This document shows, piece after piece, positions 7,428 to 16,592 of a stretch of 64,000 nucleotides of DNA (position 1 is its first letter; each line of letters starts with the position of its first letter). Origin of the DNA: Candidatus Bathyarchaeota archaeon (GTDB lineage Archaea > Thermoproteota > Bathyarchaeia > 40CM-2-53-6); NCBI GenBank assembly GCA_005884195.1, contig VBBP01000051.1, positions 1,550-65,549 on the forward strand, in the 5' to 3' direction. The position numbers and the translations under genes were made by a program. Below the pieces are notes generated by a model. It was not told the origin of the DNA. It saw only the letters and a list, made by a program, of their open reading frames with translations, and did no database searches.

Positions 7428-10187
7428 ATGGAAATCCAACAAATACCGAAGGTTCCCCAAGGAGAATTCCGATATCAAAGATCCTACACGAAACCAGGCG
7501 TCCACCCATACGACGCGGTAAAATGGGAGATTCGAGACGCAGTCATCACCGATCACAAAGGACAGGTTATCTTCGAGCAGAAGAGCGTCGAAGTTCCCTC
7601 ATTCTGGTCCCAGACAGCCACAAACATCGTCGCCTCGAAATATTTCCGCGGCAGACTTGGGACCCCGGGAAGAGAGAGCAGCGTCAAACAACTCATAAGC
7701 CGTGTCTCGGGAACTATCGCCCGCTGGGGCAAGAAAGGAAACTACTTCCTCGATGAAGAGGAAGCCGAGACATTCGAGTCAGAGCTCACACATATCCTCC
7801 TACACCAGATGGCCGCTTTCAACAGCCCCGTCTGGTTCAACGTGGGAGTCGAGGATCGTCCCCAATGCTCTGCATGCTTCATCAACTCCGTTCAGGACGA
7901 CATGCGATCCATAATGCAGCTCGCCCAGACAGAAGGCATGCTCTTCAAGTACGGATCCGGAACAGGGTCAAACCTCTCATCTCTACGATCGTCAAGAGAA
8001 CACTTGTCGACCGGTGGAAAGGCCAGTGGCCCTGTCTCGTTCATGAAAGGCTTCGACGCGTTCGCAGGAGTCATAAAATCCGGTGGACGCACCCGTCGCG
8101 CGGCGAAAATGGTCATTCTGAACGTCGACCATCCCGATATTGAAGAGTTCATCTGGTCAAAAGCCAAGGAAGAGAAGAAGGCCTGGGCCCTAATCGACGC
8201 CGGTTACGACGGAGCCGTCGACGGAGAAGCCTACAGCTCTATCTTCTTCCAGAACGCGAACCATAGCGTCCGAGTCACAGACGAGTTCATGCACGCCGTG
8301 ACAGAGGACAAGGAGTGGAAGACACGATATATTACGAATCATCAAGTCGCAGACGTCTACAAGGCCCGGAACCTTGTGAGAGAGATGGCCGAGGCCGCCT
8401 ACATCTGCGGCGACCCTGGAATCCAGTTCGATACGATAGTCAACAAGTGGCATCCATGCCCGAACACGAATCGGATCAACGCATCCAACCCTTGCTCTGA
8501 ATACATGTTTCTCGATGACTCCGCGTGCAACCTTGCCTCCTTGAACCTCATGAAGTTCAGAGACGTGAACGGGGAGTTTGACGTCGAATCCTTCGAACAC
8601 GCAGTTGATATCGTGATCAGCGCCCAAGAGATTCTTGTCAGCAACGCAGGCTATCCCACCCCTGCCATTGAGAAGAATAGTCACGATTTTCGTCCGCTGG
8701 GACTTGGATACGCCAACCTAGGTGCCCTGCTAATGGCGCGAGGCCTCCCTTACGACAGTGACCAGGGGCGAAACTACGCTGCGGCCATATCCGCTCTAAT
8801 GTCCGGTCGAGCATACGCAGCGTCATCGCGGATAGCCAAGAGGCTAGGCCCGTTCAAAGGATACGCTGTAAACGAGAAACCATTTCTCAACGTGATCGAC
8901 ATGCACAGGGCCCACGCTTACAAGATTTCTGCAGAGGGAGTCTCCGAGGAGCTGTTGAAAGCCGCGCTCAAGTCCTGGGATGACGCTCTCTCCTTGGGCG
9001 AGAGGTTCGGGTTCAAGAACGCCCAGATATCCGTCATTGCGCCTACTGGAACGATCGCGTTCATGATGGACTGCGACACCACTGGCATCGAACCTGACAT
9101 TGCCTTGGTGAAATACAAGTGGCTCGTAGGAGGCGGAGTAATCAAGATAGTTAACAATACTGTTCCTGAAGCGCTAACCAAGCTCGGCTATTCCAAGACC
9201 GAGGCTGGCGAGATTCTCAAGTATCTTGAAGATCACGACACGATAGAAGGCGCTCCTCACCTCAAACAGGAGCACTTGCCTGTTTTCGATTGCGCTTTCA
9301 AGCCATCTAAGGGGACGAGAAGCATACACTACATGGGCCATGTCAAGATGATGGCCGCTGTCCAGCCGTTCGTCTCCGGTGCCATATCCAAGACGGTGAA
9401 CATGCCCGGCAACGTTTCCGTGGAAGAGATCGTCGAGACTTACGTTACCGCTTGGAAGATGGGATTGAAAGCCATTGCCATCTATAGAGACGGCTCTAAG
9501 AGGACCCAGCCGCTAACCACGACGATCCAAGACAAAAGCAAAGCAATTGAGAAGACGAAGGAGCAGGTGGTCTTCAAGCCCCTCCGACGTCGACTGCCAG
9601 AAGAGAGAGAAGCGATCATTCACAAGTTCTCGATCGCCCAGAACGAAGGCTATCTCATGGTAGGCCTCTACGATGACAACACTCCCGGCGAGATATTCGT
9701 GGTGATGTCGAAAGAAGGCAGCACAATATCGGGATTGATGGACGCGTTCTCAACCTCCATTTCTCTAGCCCTACAGTATGGTGTCCCATTGAAGGTGCTT
9801 GTGAACAAGTTCACCCATACAAGGTTCGAGCCAGCTGGCATAACGACCAACCAGGAGATCCGATTCGCCAAGTCCGTAGTCGACTATATCTTCAGATGGC
9901 TTGGCTTGAAGTTCCTTCCAAAAGAGGAACAGGACGCGCTAGGACTCGCTAGGACAACACTGGAGAACGGGACCCAGGTAAAACTGGTTGAGCCGGTTGG
10001 TGCAAAGACTGCGGATCCGATGATGGCAGAGATGAAGCCACACGAGACTCCCGAGCTAGCGACACCCCTCGCGAGCTTCGACAACCAATCCGACGCGCCC
10101 GCGTGTGAGAACTGCGGAATGATCATGGTCCGAGCGGGGTCCTGCTACAAGTGCAACAACTGCGGCAACACAAGCGGTTGTGGCTAG
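7428..10187 (+). CDS. nrdJ: Adenosylcobalamin-dependent ribonucleotide reductase (class II)
   Basis: 919 aa. Motifs are WSQTATNIVASKYFRG, NSPVWFNVG, NPCSEYMFLDDSACNLASLNL and TVNMP. The C-terminus is a CxxC...CxxC zinc ribbon. Confidence 0.95.
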   Translation: MEIQQIPKVPQGEFRYQRSYTKPGVHPYDAVKWEIRDAVITDHKGQVIFEQKSVEVPSFWSQTATNIVASKYFRGRLGTPGRESSVKQLISRVSGTIARWGKKGNYFLDEEEAETFESELTHILLHQMAAFNSPVWFNVGVEDRPQCSACFINSVQDDMRSIMQLAQTEGMLFKYGSGTGSNLSSLRSSREHLSTGGKASGPVSFMKGFDAFAGVIKSGGRTRRAAKMVILNVDHPDIEEFIWSKAKEEKKAWALIDAGYDGAVDGEAYSSIFFQNANHSVRVTDEFMHAVTEDKEWKTRYITNHQVADVYKARNLVREMAEAAYICGDPGIQFDTIVNKWHPCPNTNRINASNPCSEYMFLDDSACNLASLNLMKFRDVNGEFDVESFEHAVDIVISAQEILVSNAGYPTPAIEKNSHDFRPLGLGYANLGALLMARGLPYDSDQGRNYAAAISALMSGRAYAASSRIAKRLGPFKGYAVNEKPFLNVIDMHRAHAYKISAEGVSEELLKAALKSWDDALSLGERFGFKNAQISVIAPTGTIAFMMDCDTTGIEPDIALVKYKWLVGGGVIKIVNNTVPEALTKLGYSKTEAGEILKYLEDHDTIEGAPHLKQEHLPVFDCAFKPSKGTRSIHYMGHVKMMAAVQPFVSGAISKTVNMPGNVSVEEIVETYVTAWKMGLKAIAIYRDGSKRTQPLTTTIQDKSKAIEKTKEQVVFKPLRRRLPEEREAIIHKFSIAQNEGYLMVGLYDDNTPGEIFVVMSKEGSTISGLMDAFSTSISLALQYGVPLKVLVNKFTHTRFEPAGITTNQEIRFAKSVVDYIFRWLGLKFLPKEEQDALGLARTTLENGTQVKLVEPVGAKTADPMMAEMKPHETPELATPLASFDNQSDAPACENCGMIMVRAGSCYKCNNCGNTSGCG

Positions 10188-10191
10188 GAAC

Positions 10192-10500
10192 CTAGTCTAC
10201 TTTCTCGACCAATAGCGTTAACCCATCAGCTCCCGTGACTCTCACACGAATCCCTTTTTGTATGATTCCCTTTGACGTCTTTGCAGAGAACTCCTCGCTG
10301 TTCACCAATACCGTGCCGGTGGATTCTGTGATGTCAGAAGTTGCATGACCAGTCGATCCAACTAACCTCTTGAGAGTCTCCTTAGTCAGATTAGAGGGCG
10401 GTTCTTTCTGGCCCGAAAACGCGTAGAATATGAACCAGACTACGAGACCTCCGACGATTGCTGCGATTAATCCCCACAACGCAATGTCGACAGCACTCAT
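10192..10500 (-). CDS. NfeD-like C-terminal OB-fold membrane protein
   Basis: An N-terminal TM helix is followed by LVGSTGHATSDITESTGTVLVNSEEFSAKTSKGIIQKGIRVRVTGADGLTLLVEKV. This matches the NfeD C-domain pattern. Confidence 0.6.
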   Translation of the reverse strand: MSAVDIALWGLIAAIVGGLVVWFIFYAFSGQKEPPSNLTKETLKRLVGSTGHATSDITESTGTVLVNSEEFSAKTSKGIIQKGIRVRVTGADGLTLLVEKVD

Positions 10501-10807
10501 TTTGTTTTCTTCCTCAAACTACGAAAAATCAGCGGATTAAGTCTTGCTGATTCGCTACTCAGAATGCCGAGCATCACGCAGAACGGTTTCATGTCTTCTG
10601 ATCCATGCAAGGAGAATTTTCCGATAATCACTTGATGTGACTACGAGACGTGAACGGGCATTATAAGCGCGGATCGTATTGTTCTCTTCTTGAGGCGAAA
10701 AATTCATGAAATGTTATACGCGTCAAAACCCCGAGAAGATCGAGACGACCGTCACCTGGATGAACAGGAACCCGTTGAGGCTAGCTCTCCGTTAGGAGGT
10801 GAGAGGT

Positions 10808-12037
10808 ATGGGCGATGTCACAGTACCCCGAAATGCCACTGTGAAACTGGCAAGGGTTGATGGCCAGCTTCACCTGCTGGAGAGGGCCAGGGTGCAGGCA
10901 GAAGGCGAATCGCCCATAGAAGTCTCAGGCGAGGTAATCTGTCAGGGAGATGCCGAGTTCGAAGGTAGCCTCTCCTGTTCAAGACTGAATGTTGATCATG
11001 GTAGGGTCGAGATATCAGGGGACTTAAACTCCACAGGCGAGATCGATGTGGAACACGGCGAGCTGCGGATTCATGGATCCCTAGACGCTAGTTCGGTGGA
11101 AGTTGATGCTAGATTGTTCGTTGGCAAGTCGGCAACAGCCCACGATTTCGACATAGGCGGAACGCTGGATGTTGGGGGCTCAATCACTGCGACCAAAGTC
11201 GATGTTGGAGGGTCGTTTAGGGTTGAAGGGGAAGCTAATGTGGAAGAGATCGATGTTGGAGGACGGGTCGAGGTCAACGGCCAGATCAAGTGCGTGAGAC
11301 TAGATGCTGGTGGAAGCGCTCAAGTTGGCGGAGGCGAAATCTCCCGGACAATAGATGTTGGAGGATCCTTCACATCCTCGAAGCCGTTGAAATTCGACAA
11401 GATCGACGTCGGAGGAACGGTTACCTTAGACGAAGGCGGAGAGGGTAGAACCATCGATGTCGGAGGAAGATTCGAGAGCAAAGGAAACCTCACCTTCGAA
11501 TCCATAGATGTCGGAGGGACGGTTGAAATCAGCGGAAACGGAGAGGGAGAGGAAGTCGACATTGGAGGCATGCTCGAAGTTTCCGGTAACCTCCATCTGA
11601 AACGGGACCTGGAGATCGGAGGAAAAGCCAGAATCGGAGGAAGCCTGAAACTTGCATCTCTAGAAGTCGGGGGTATGATAGAAGCCGATCTGATTGAGGC
11701 CGAGGACGAGGTCGAAGTAGGAGGACGTTTGCGCACAACAAAAGGGACGAGGGCGAAGACGATAGAGCTTGGCCATCGATCGGAAGCAATTGGTGTCTTG
11801 GTTGGCGGCCGCGTGAAGATTGGAGACAACGCGCGAGTCGAAGATGTCTATGCTGACACCTTGGAGATGGGCGAGAGGGCTAGAGCCGGAAACATCTACG
11901 CCAAAAACGTACGACTCGATTCTCGCTGTCGAATAAGTGGCGAGGTAAAGTACAGCGACAGGATTGAAACAGAGCCTGACGTTGAATTTGCGAAACCTCC
12001 TATGAAGACGGACGATTTACCAAAGCCTCCTCTCTGA
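10808..12037 (+). CDS. Bactofilin-like beta-helical repeat protein (polymer-forming cytoskeletal family)
   Basis: More than 15 degenerate repeats of about 18-22 aa are centred on (I/V)DVGG. GGAGGTGA at 10794-10801 precedes the ATG at 10808. The track ORF starts at a GTG at 10799. Confidence 0.75.
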   Translation: MGDVTVPRNATVKLARVDGQLHLLERARVQAEGESPIEVSGEVICQGDAEFEGSLSCSRLNVDHGRVEISGDLNSTGEIDVEHGELRIHGSLDASSVEVDARLFVGKSATAHDFDIGGTLDVGGSITATKVDVGGSFRVEGEANVEEIDVGGRVEVNGQIKCVRLDAGGSAQVGGGEISRTIDVGGSFTSSKPLKFDKIDVGGTVTLDEGGEGRTIDVGGRFESKGNLTFESIDVGGTVEISGNGEGEEVDIGGMLEVSGNLHLKRDLEIGGKARIGGSLKLASLEVGGMIEADLIEAEDEVEVGGRLRTTKGTRAKTIELGHRSEAIGVLVGGRVKIGDNARVEDVYADTLEMGERARAGNIYAKNVRLDSRCRISGEVKYSDRIETEPDVEFAKPPMKTDDLPKPPL

Positions 12038-12049
12038 GTTGGCTGGGCG

Positions 12050-12346
12050 TTGGCGAAACGGTCCCGTGTGGACATCTACTCTGAGATACTGGAGGCTCTC
12101 AAACGAAGAGGTCCGACGAAGATTACAAGGGTCTCTTATGCCGTCGGGCTTCCAGTTGACAGGATCAAGAAATTCCTCACAGACCTTTCTTCTTTCGGAC
12201 TGGTCAGAATCCTAGCGGCTGAAGATACGTCCTATTCGATAACCCATCGAGGTCTTGAATTCCTTGAAGCTTACTGGAAGCTCGAAGGATTCTTGAAATT
12301 CCTGGGAGAGAAAACGACGCTTGAGAGAGATTCCGGAGAAATCTAA
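12050..12346 (+). CDS. Winged-helix DNA-binding protein
   Basis: 98 aa. RVDIYSEILEALKRRGPTKITRVSYAVGLPVDRIKKFLTDLSSFGLV is typical of small archaeal wHTH regulators. It starts 12 nt after the bactofilin-like gene. Confidence 0.65.
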   Translation: MAKRSRVDIYSEILEALKRRGPTKITRVSYAVGLPVDRIKKFLTDLSSFGLVRILAAEDTSYSITHRGLEFLEAYWKLEGFLKFLGEKTTLERDSGEI

Positions 12347-12882
12347 GCCACGTAGCTCCTGTATTCCTTTTCGAATTCTCTAACGATCTCGAACTTTGGC
12401 AATCTTCTTGATCTTGACTCACCGTGATGCTGGAAGGTTATCTCCGGGAACATCACCGCGGGACCGTCAACCGCTAGCCTTGTGGCTGGGTGGTCCGGTC
12501 CCAGTATTCTAGAACAGATCTGACGCGTTAATCGCCGGACGTCTCCCTCATCGGCATAGCCAAGGGTATGGAGGTATTCGTGGAGTAGCGTATAGAACAC
12601 ATAGGCATTGATGTAGCGTCTGTCCTTGGCGAGATGAGTTATCTGGTCCAATAGGCTTCTGTTCATGACGATGAAGTTGGATCCCATTTGATGGAATGCT
12701 CCAATGTAATCGGGCAGGTCTGCGAGGCCCAGCATTAGACCGGTTCGTCGTCGGCCAATGCTAGTCTTGACTGATCTTTTGACGAGCTGGAAGACCTCCG
12801 AAAAGTTGAAGCTGCGGTCAAGGCTCTCTGAGACATCCAGGTTATTCTGAGATGCTTCCATTCGAGAATTTTTCCCAAGCAC
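12343..12882 (-). CDS. Hypothetical protein with an HExxH motif (putative zinc metalloprotease)
   Basis: The motif is in YVFYTLLHEYLHTLGY. 179 aa. It is convergent with the wHTH gene and overlaps it by 4 nt. Confidence 0.5.
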   Translation of the reverse strand: MLGKNSRMEASQNNLDVSESLDRSFNFSEVFQLVKRSVKTSIGRRRTGLMLGLADLPDYIGAFHQMGSNFIVMNRSLLDQITHLAKDRRYINAYVFYTLLHEYLHTLGYADEGDVRRLTRQICSRILGPDHPATRLAVDGPAVMFPEITFQHHGESRSRRLPKFEIVREFEKEYRSYVA

Positions 12883-12959
12883 GTTGTCAACGTGCTCGAA
12901 AGTAGTTTCGGGCTTAGCGCTATATAAGGACTGGATTTTGCACCACTCAATCAGAGGAC

Positions 12960-13688
12960 ATGTCCCCGAACAATAGTAGAGATGAGTGGAGTAGTGTTGT
13001 CCGTGCCATCGAGGGTGCCTTGCCGATTTACGAATCCACTAGCGAGTGGATATCTTTAGGACTCGCTGGCCCTCTAAGGCGGCGGGCGGTTGCTTTTCTC
13101 CGATCCTACCAGAAAGAATGGGTCTTGGATTCCGGTACTGGTCCAGGGGTCTCCAGCCGGATGTTGCTGGTGGGTGGCTTCGAGAATATTGTGGGCTTGG
13201 ACCCTTCGATGCATCTGCTGAGATTTGCAAGGTCTCGTCTTGGACGCCGGTTCTGTCCGATTGTGGGAGTTGCGGAGAACCTCCCCTTCCGACCGGGGTC
13301 TCTGGGAGCTGTGATCGCGTGTTTCTCGTTAAGGGATGTGGTGAGCCTTGGTCGTAGTCTGGATGAGTTCGCGCGGGTCACGAGGCGTGGCGGTGGTCTC
13401 GCTGTTGTTGATATCGGCAAGCCCGACAGCGGATTTTCGAGAGCCTTGATTGGTTTCTACATTTCACATGTCATGCCCGTTCTGGCTCGCTTCTCGATTC
13501 GCGGAAGGACAGTTGGCAATCCGTTTAAGATGATCATTCCTACTTGGAAGAAGTTGCAGACCAACAAGCGACTGTCGAACCTCATCGAACAATCGTTCGG
13601 CCCCTGCGCATTGAAGAGTTTCCTGCTCGGAGGACTGGTTGTCTTCGAGGCGGATAGATTCTCAGTTTGGAAGGACATCCTCCAGTAA
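12960..13688 (+). CDS. Class I SAM-dependent methyltransferase, UbiE/MenG-like
   Basis: VLDSGTGPGVSS (motif I), LPFRPGSLGAVIACFSLRDV and GGGLAVVDIGKPD match the family. Confidence 0.8.
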   Translation: MSPNNSRDEWSSVVRAIEGALPIYESTSEWISLGLAGPLRRRAVAFLRSYQKEWVLDSGTGPGVSSRMLLVGGFENIVGLDPSMHLLRFARSRLGRRFCPIVGVAENLPFRPGSLGAVIACFSLRDVVSLGRSLDEFARVTRRGGGLAVVDIGKPDSGFSRALIGFYISHVMPVLARFSIRGRTVGNPFKMIIPTWKKLQTNKRLSNLIEQSFGPCALKSFLLGGLVVFEADRFSVWKDILQ

Positions 13689-13805
13689 GACTCGGAAGCG
13701 TTGCTGGATGAAGGTTCGGGTCTAGGATGCGTTCGTGAAGGGCGGGGTGCGTGAAAATTCGACCACCCCTGGGGGGGGTCCCATATTAGATAGCGAAAAG
13801 GCATG

Positions 13806-13856
13806 GTTACGCGAAAAGAAAAGTTACGGGAAAAAAATAGTTACAGAAGAGAGATT
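13806..13856 (-). terminator. Three tandem 17-nt units, each giving an oligo-T tract on the minus strand, downstream of amt
   Basis: The units are gttacgcgaaaagaaaa, gttacgggaaaaaaata and gttacagaagagagatt, starting at 13806, 13823 and 13840. They lie 73-123 nt past the amt stop. Confidence 0.4.
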
Positions 13857-13928
13857 CTCGCCAAGAGAAGTTAGGGACGGGTAAGCAATCTTGAGGGAAG
13901 CAGGATTAATATCTTGAATGTTGAATGG

Positions 13929-15212
13929 CTACAGTTCTTCGCGGTTGAGGATTCCGTGCATTGCCGTACTAATGATTCGAACAGTCAGGTAGGATAGGAT
14001 GAAAACGGTAGCCATGACCGCGGCTATCCCTAAGCCCTCAATCCCAAGCTGTTGTAGGGCAGCTGATCCCCCGCCGAATAATAGCCCGTCAGGAATTGGA
14101 GAATTCCCCGATGCAACCGGGTTTCCTGAGGCAATCGCGAAAGTCCTCTGGGAAAAGAAGGCGATCATCAGGACTCCAAAGAGCCCGCCGAGCAAGTGTC
14201 CTGGGAACAGGCCGACAGGGTCAGAGAACCATTTGAATCTTGAGAACCATTTCTCACCTGCAAGGAAGAGTGGTCCGCCGATAAGTCCGAGAATCACCGC
14301 GCTGGCCGGGCTAACGAAGCCTGCGAGGGGGGTTATGATGATGAGCCCCATGAGAACTCCGTTGGTAGCATAGATCAGATCTGGCATCTTCTTGATCATT
14401 CGATAACGGAAGTACATGATCGAGAGAAAAGAGGAAGCGGCAGCAAGAAAGGTTGTAAGGACAACGGTCATCGCCGAGTTGTTGAAGGCAAGAACGCTGC
14501 CCGGGTTGAAGCCGAACCATCCAATCCATAGAAGTAGAATCGACAATGTAAGCCATCCGCTATTCAGCTTGTACGGTACCTGAACGCTCTCGATTCGTCC
14601 CCTCTTCTGCTCCTCTCTCCAGATCTGGAGTACAATTCCAAGCCCCGCGGCCCCGGCTGCTCCGTGGACCACTAGTCCTCCCGCGAAGTCAGCCATGCCC
14701 ATTCGAGCCAGCCAGCCTTGAGGATTCCAGATCCAAGCCGCTGGCAGATTCCAGATTAGAATGAAATAGACGATCGAGTAGGCGAAGAAGGCCTGCAGCT
14801 TCATCTTACGCAAGACAACGACTCCCACGAGGGCTAGTGTGACAGATGCAAAGGCTGTCTCGAAAAGGAAGTACGTCCCAGTTGTCAACCCCTGTCCGGC
14901 GGTGGACCACCAAGCACCAGTGAGCAGCTGATTTGCATCGGAGGAGAAACCTCCGAGGAAGAAGCCGTTGTAGCTTGGGTCTCCAATTATCCCGTTTATC
15001 GTCGGGGCAAACGCGGTGTTGAAACCGATGAAGGCCATGAAGAATATGGCCGAGCCCGTGATCAGCATCGTCTTCAGGAGGCTGACTTCCATCTCGGCGC
15101 CTAGCTCGCCCACTTCGAGGAAGCCGACCGCGACAGTCATGATGAAGACTAGGAGTCCACAAATGATGACCCAGAGATTATTTGCGAGCAGAACCTCCAG
15201 AGGTAGAGCCAT
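13929..15212 (-). CDS. amt: Ammonium transporter
   Basis: 427 aa with about 11 TM helices. It carries the Amt signature DFAGGLVVHGAAGAAGL and the motif FGFNPGS. Confidence 0.95.
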   Translation of the reverse strand: MALPLEVLLANNLWVIICGLLVFIMTVAVGFLEVGELGAEMEVSLLKTMLITGSAIFFMAFIGFNTAFAPTINGIIGDPSYNGFFLGGFSSDANQLLTGAWWSTAGQGLTTGTYFLFETAFASVTLALVGVVVLRKMKLQAFFAYSIVYFILIWNLPAAWIWNPQGWLARMGMADFAGGLVVHGAAGAAGLGIVLQIWREEQKRGRIESVQVPYKLNSGWLTLSILLLWIGWFGFNPGSVLAFNNSAMTVVLTTFLAAASSFLSIMYFRYRMIKKMPDLIYATNGVLMGLIIITPLAGFVSPASAVILGLIGGPLFLAGEKWFSRFKWFSDPVGLFPGHLLGGLFGVLMIAFFSQRTFAIASGNPVASGNSPIPDGLLFGGGSAALQQLGIEGLGIAAVMATVFILSYLTVRIISTAMHGILNREEL

Positions 15213-15588
15213 CTTCTTGTTTTCCCGCGCTCATTTTGGAATCGTGTTGAGATTTAAGCTGGGCGCGGGCGCATCTTTCTAGATGCCTACTAACCCGGGT
15301 ACGGTCAAGGCAGGCTTGAGGTCAGTAACAGCCAGTTTACAATAACTGGGGATGAACACAGGGATGAAGATGCCAACTCAGCTAAACCGCCTCTTCCGGC
15401 TCTATGCGTCAGGAAAGAAGGTCCCGACTGAAAACAAGCAGCCGCCTTCTCGCAAGGGTGGCGAACCCATGAGGAGGGACCCTAAGCATTCCCAAGTCAG
15501 GGAACCGCCCAAAGCCTCGCGTCACTCAAAAAATTCGATAAGGGCAAAAAAATGAGGGAAGGGTATCTAGGCCTCCCTTGTGGGGCTC

Positions 15589-15735
15589 CTAGTACCTGCG
15601 ATGCTTTTGGTAACAGTCCCTGCAGTAAACTGGTCTACCTTCTGTTGGCTGGAAAGGAACTTCAGTCTCCTTACCGCAGTCAGAACAGACGACTTTGTGC
15701 ATTGTTCTGGGACCACCGTACGAACCACGACTCAT
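15589..15735 (-). CDS. CxxC-x17-CxxC zinc-ribbon small protein (48 aa; absent from the ORF track)
   Basis: Translation is MSRGSYGGPRTMHKVVCSDCGKETEVPFQPTEGRPVYCRDCYQKHRRY. GGAGGTG lies 11 nt upstream of the ATG. It matches the conserved CxxC-x17-CxxC small-protein family. Confidence 0.7.
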   Translation of the reverse strand: MSRGSYGGPRTMHKVVCSDCGKETEVPFQPTEGRPVYCRDCYQKHRRY

Positions 15736-15858
15736 TCGGCCTAGTACACCTCCTATAATCCGCGATACCGTTCGTATCCGCTTACTAGGTTATAGACCTT
15801 CGGAGGGCTCTTAGATGAGGGAAATCGAGCTCAGGATCGGCGCTTGGGGCCCCCGGTG

Positions 15859-16530
15859 CTAGAGAGCTCCATGTCTGCTCAGAGCCTCAATAACATCGAC
15901 ATGATTTTTCTCTTTGGCGAAGGTGAGGGGGGTCTTTCCCTCTCCGGTCTTCGCGTTTGGGTCAGCCCCGTTGGCTAGTAGGAAGTTCACAAGTTCGAGG
16001 TTTCCGGTCTCAGATGCTCCCATTAGAGGTGAAAACCCCCCTTCGTACCTGTAGTTGACCTGCGCGCCTCGTTTCACGAGTAGCTTTGCGATCTCGGTGT
16101 GATTGTTAGCCACTGCGCCAGTCAAAGCGGTGAAACCTGTAGCATTCCTCGCTACCGCATTAACGTCCGCGCCCTTCGCAACCAGGTACTCTGTTGTTTC
16201 CCTCTGGCCCAAATACGCCGCAAGAGCGACAACCGCGAAGCCGTCTGGAGAGTAGGCGCTTGCGAGTGAAGGGTTCTGATCTATGAGGGATTTGACTGGG
16301 CCGAGCCTTCCTAAGGTCGAGGCTTCAAAAATATTGAGTTCGGGTTTCTTGGTGGCTATCGCTTCCGCGATACTCTTATGTCCGTGGTATAGTGCGAGGA
16401 GTATGGCTGAAACTCCATCCTTGCCCTTACTTCCCGCTAGGGCCGGGGTGACCTCTAGAAGCTGGTTGACTTTCGATAGATCGCCTTTCTGGACAGCTTC
16501 AAGGAACACGTCGATTTGCATACTTAGCAT
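15859..16530 (-). CDS. Ankyrin repeat protein
   Basis: About 5-6 ANK repeats, for example GFTALTGAVANNHTEIAKLLVKRGAQVN and FSPLMGASETGNLELVNFLLANGADPN. Confidence 0.9.
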   Translation of the reverse strand: MLSMQIDVFLEAVQKGDLSKVNQLLEVTPALAGSKGKDGVSAILLALYHGHKSIAEAIATKKPELNIFEASTLGRLGPVKSLIDQNPSLASAYSPDGFAVVALAAYLGQRETTEYLVAKGADVNAVARNATGFTALTGAVANNHTEIAKLLVKRGAQVNYRYEGGFSPLMGASETGNLELVNFLLANGADPNAKTGEGKTPLTFAKEKNHVDVIEALSRHGAL

Positions 16531-16561
16531 AGCTAATCATTAGCCATGCTAATATATATAC
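16525..16561. promoter_or_regulatory. 27-nt near-perfect palindrome plus an AT-rich TATA-like box in the ankyrin/MarR divergent region
   Basis: tagcatagctaatCattagccatgcta (16525-16551) has 13-nt arms with one mismatch. It abuts aatatatata (16551-16560), about 33 nt upstream of the MarR ATG at 16593. Confidence 0.45.
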
Positions 16562-16592
16562 GTTGGTGAATGCTTACGAGTAGGGTCTTCAT

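Noticed and set aside
11320-11829. A 169-aa ORF antisense to the bactofilin-like gene. The same class includes 4738-5268, 8190-8684, 13106-13420, 20364-20810, 31001-31561 and 42511-43008.
   Set aside because: All lie fully or largely inside strongly supported genes on the opposite strand. They have biased Pro/Ser/Arg-rich composition typical of antisense frames and no recognisable motifs.
15352-15758. Two plus-strand track ORFs (67 and 68 aa) upstream of amt.
   Set aside because: Both have Arg/Lys/Pro-rich low-complexity translations. The second is antisense to the well-supported CxxC-x17-CxxC gene.
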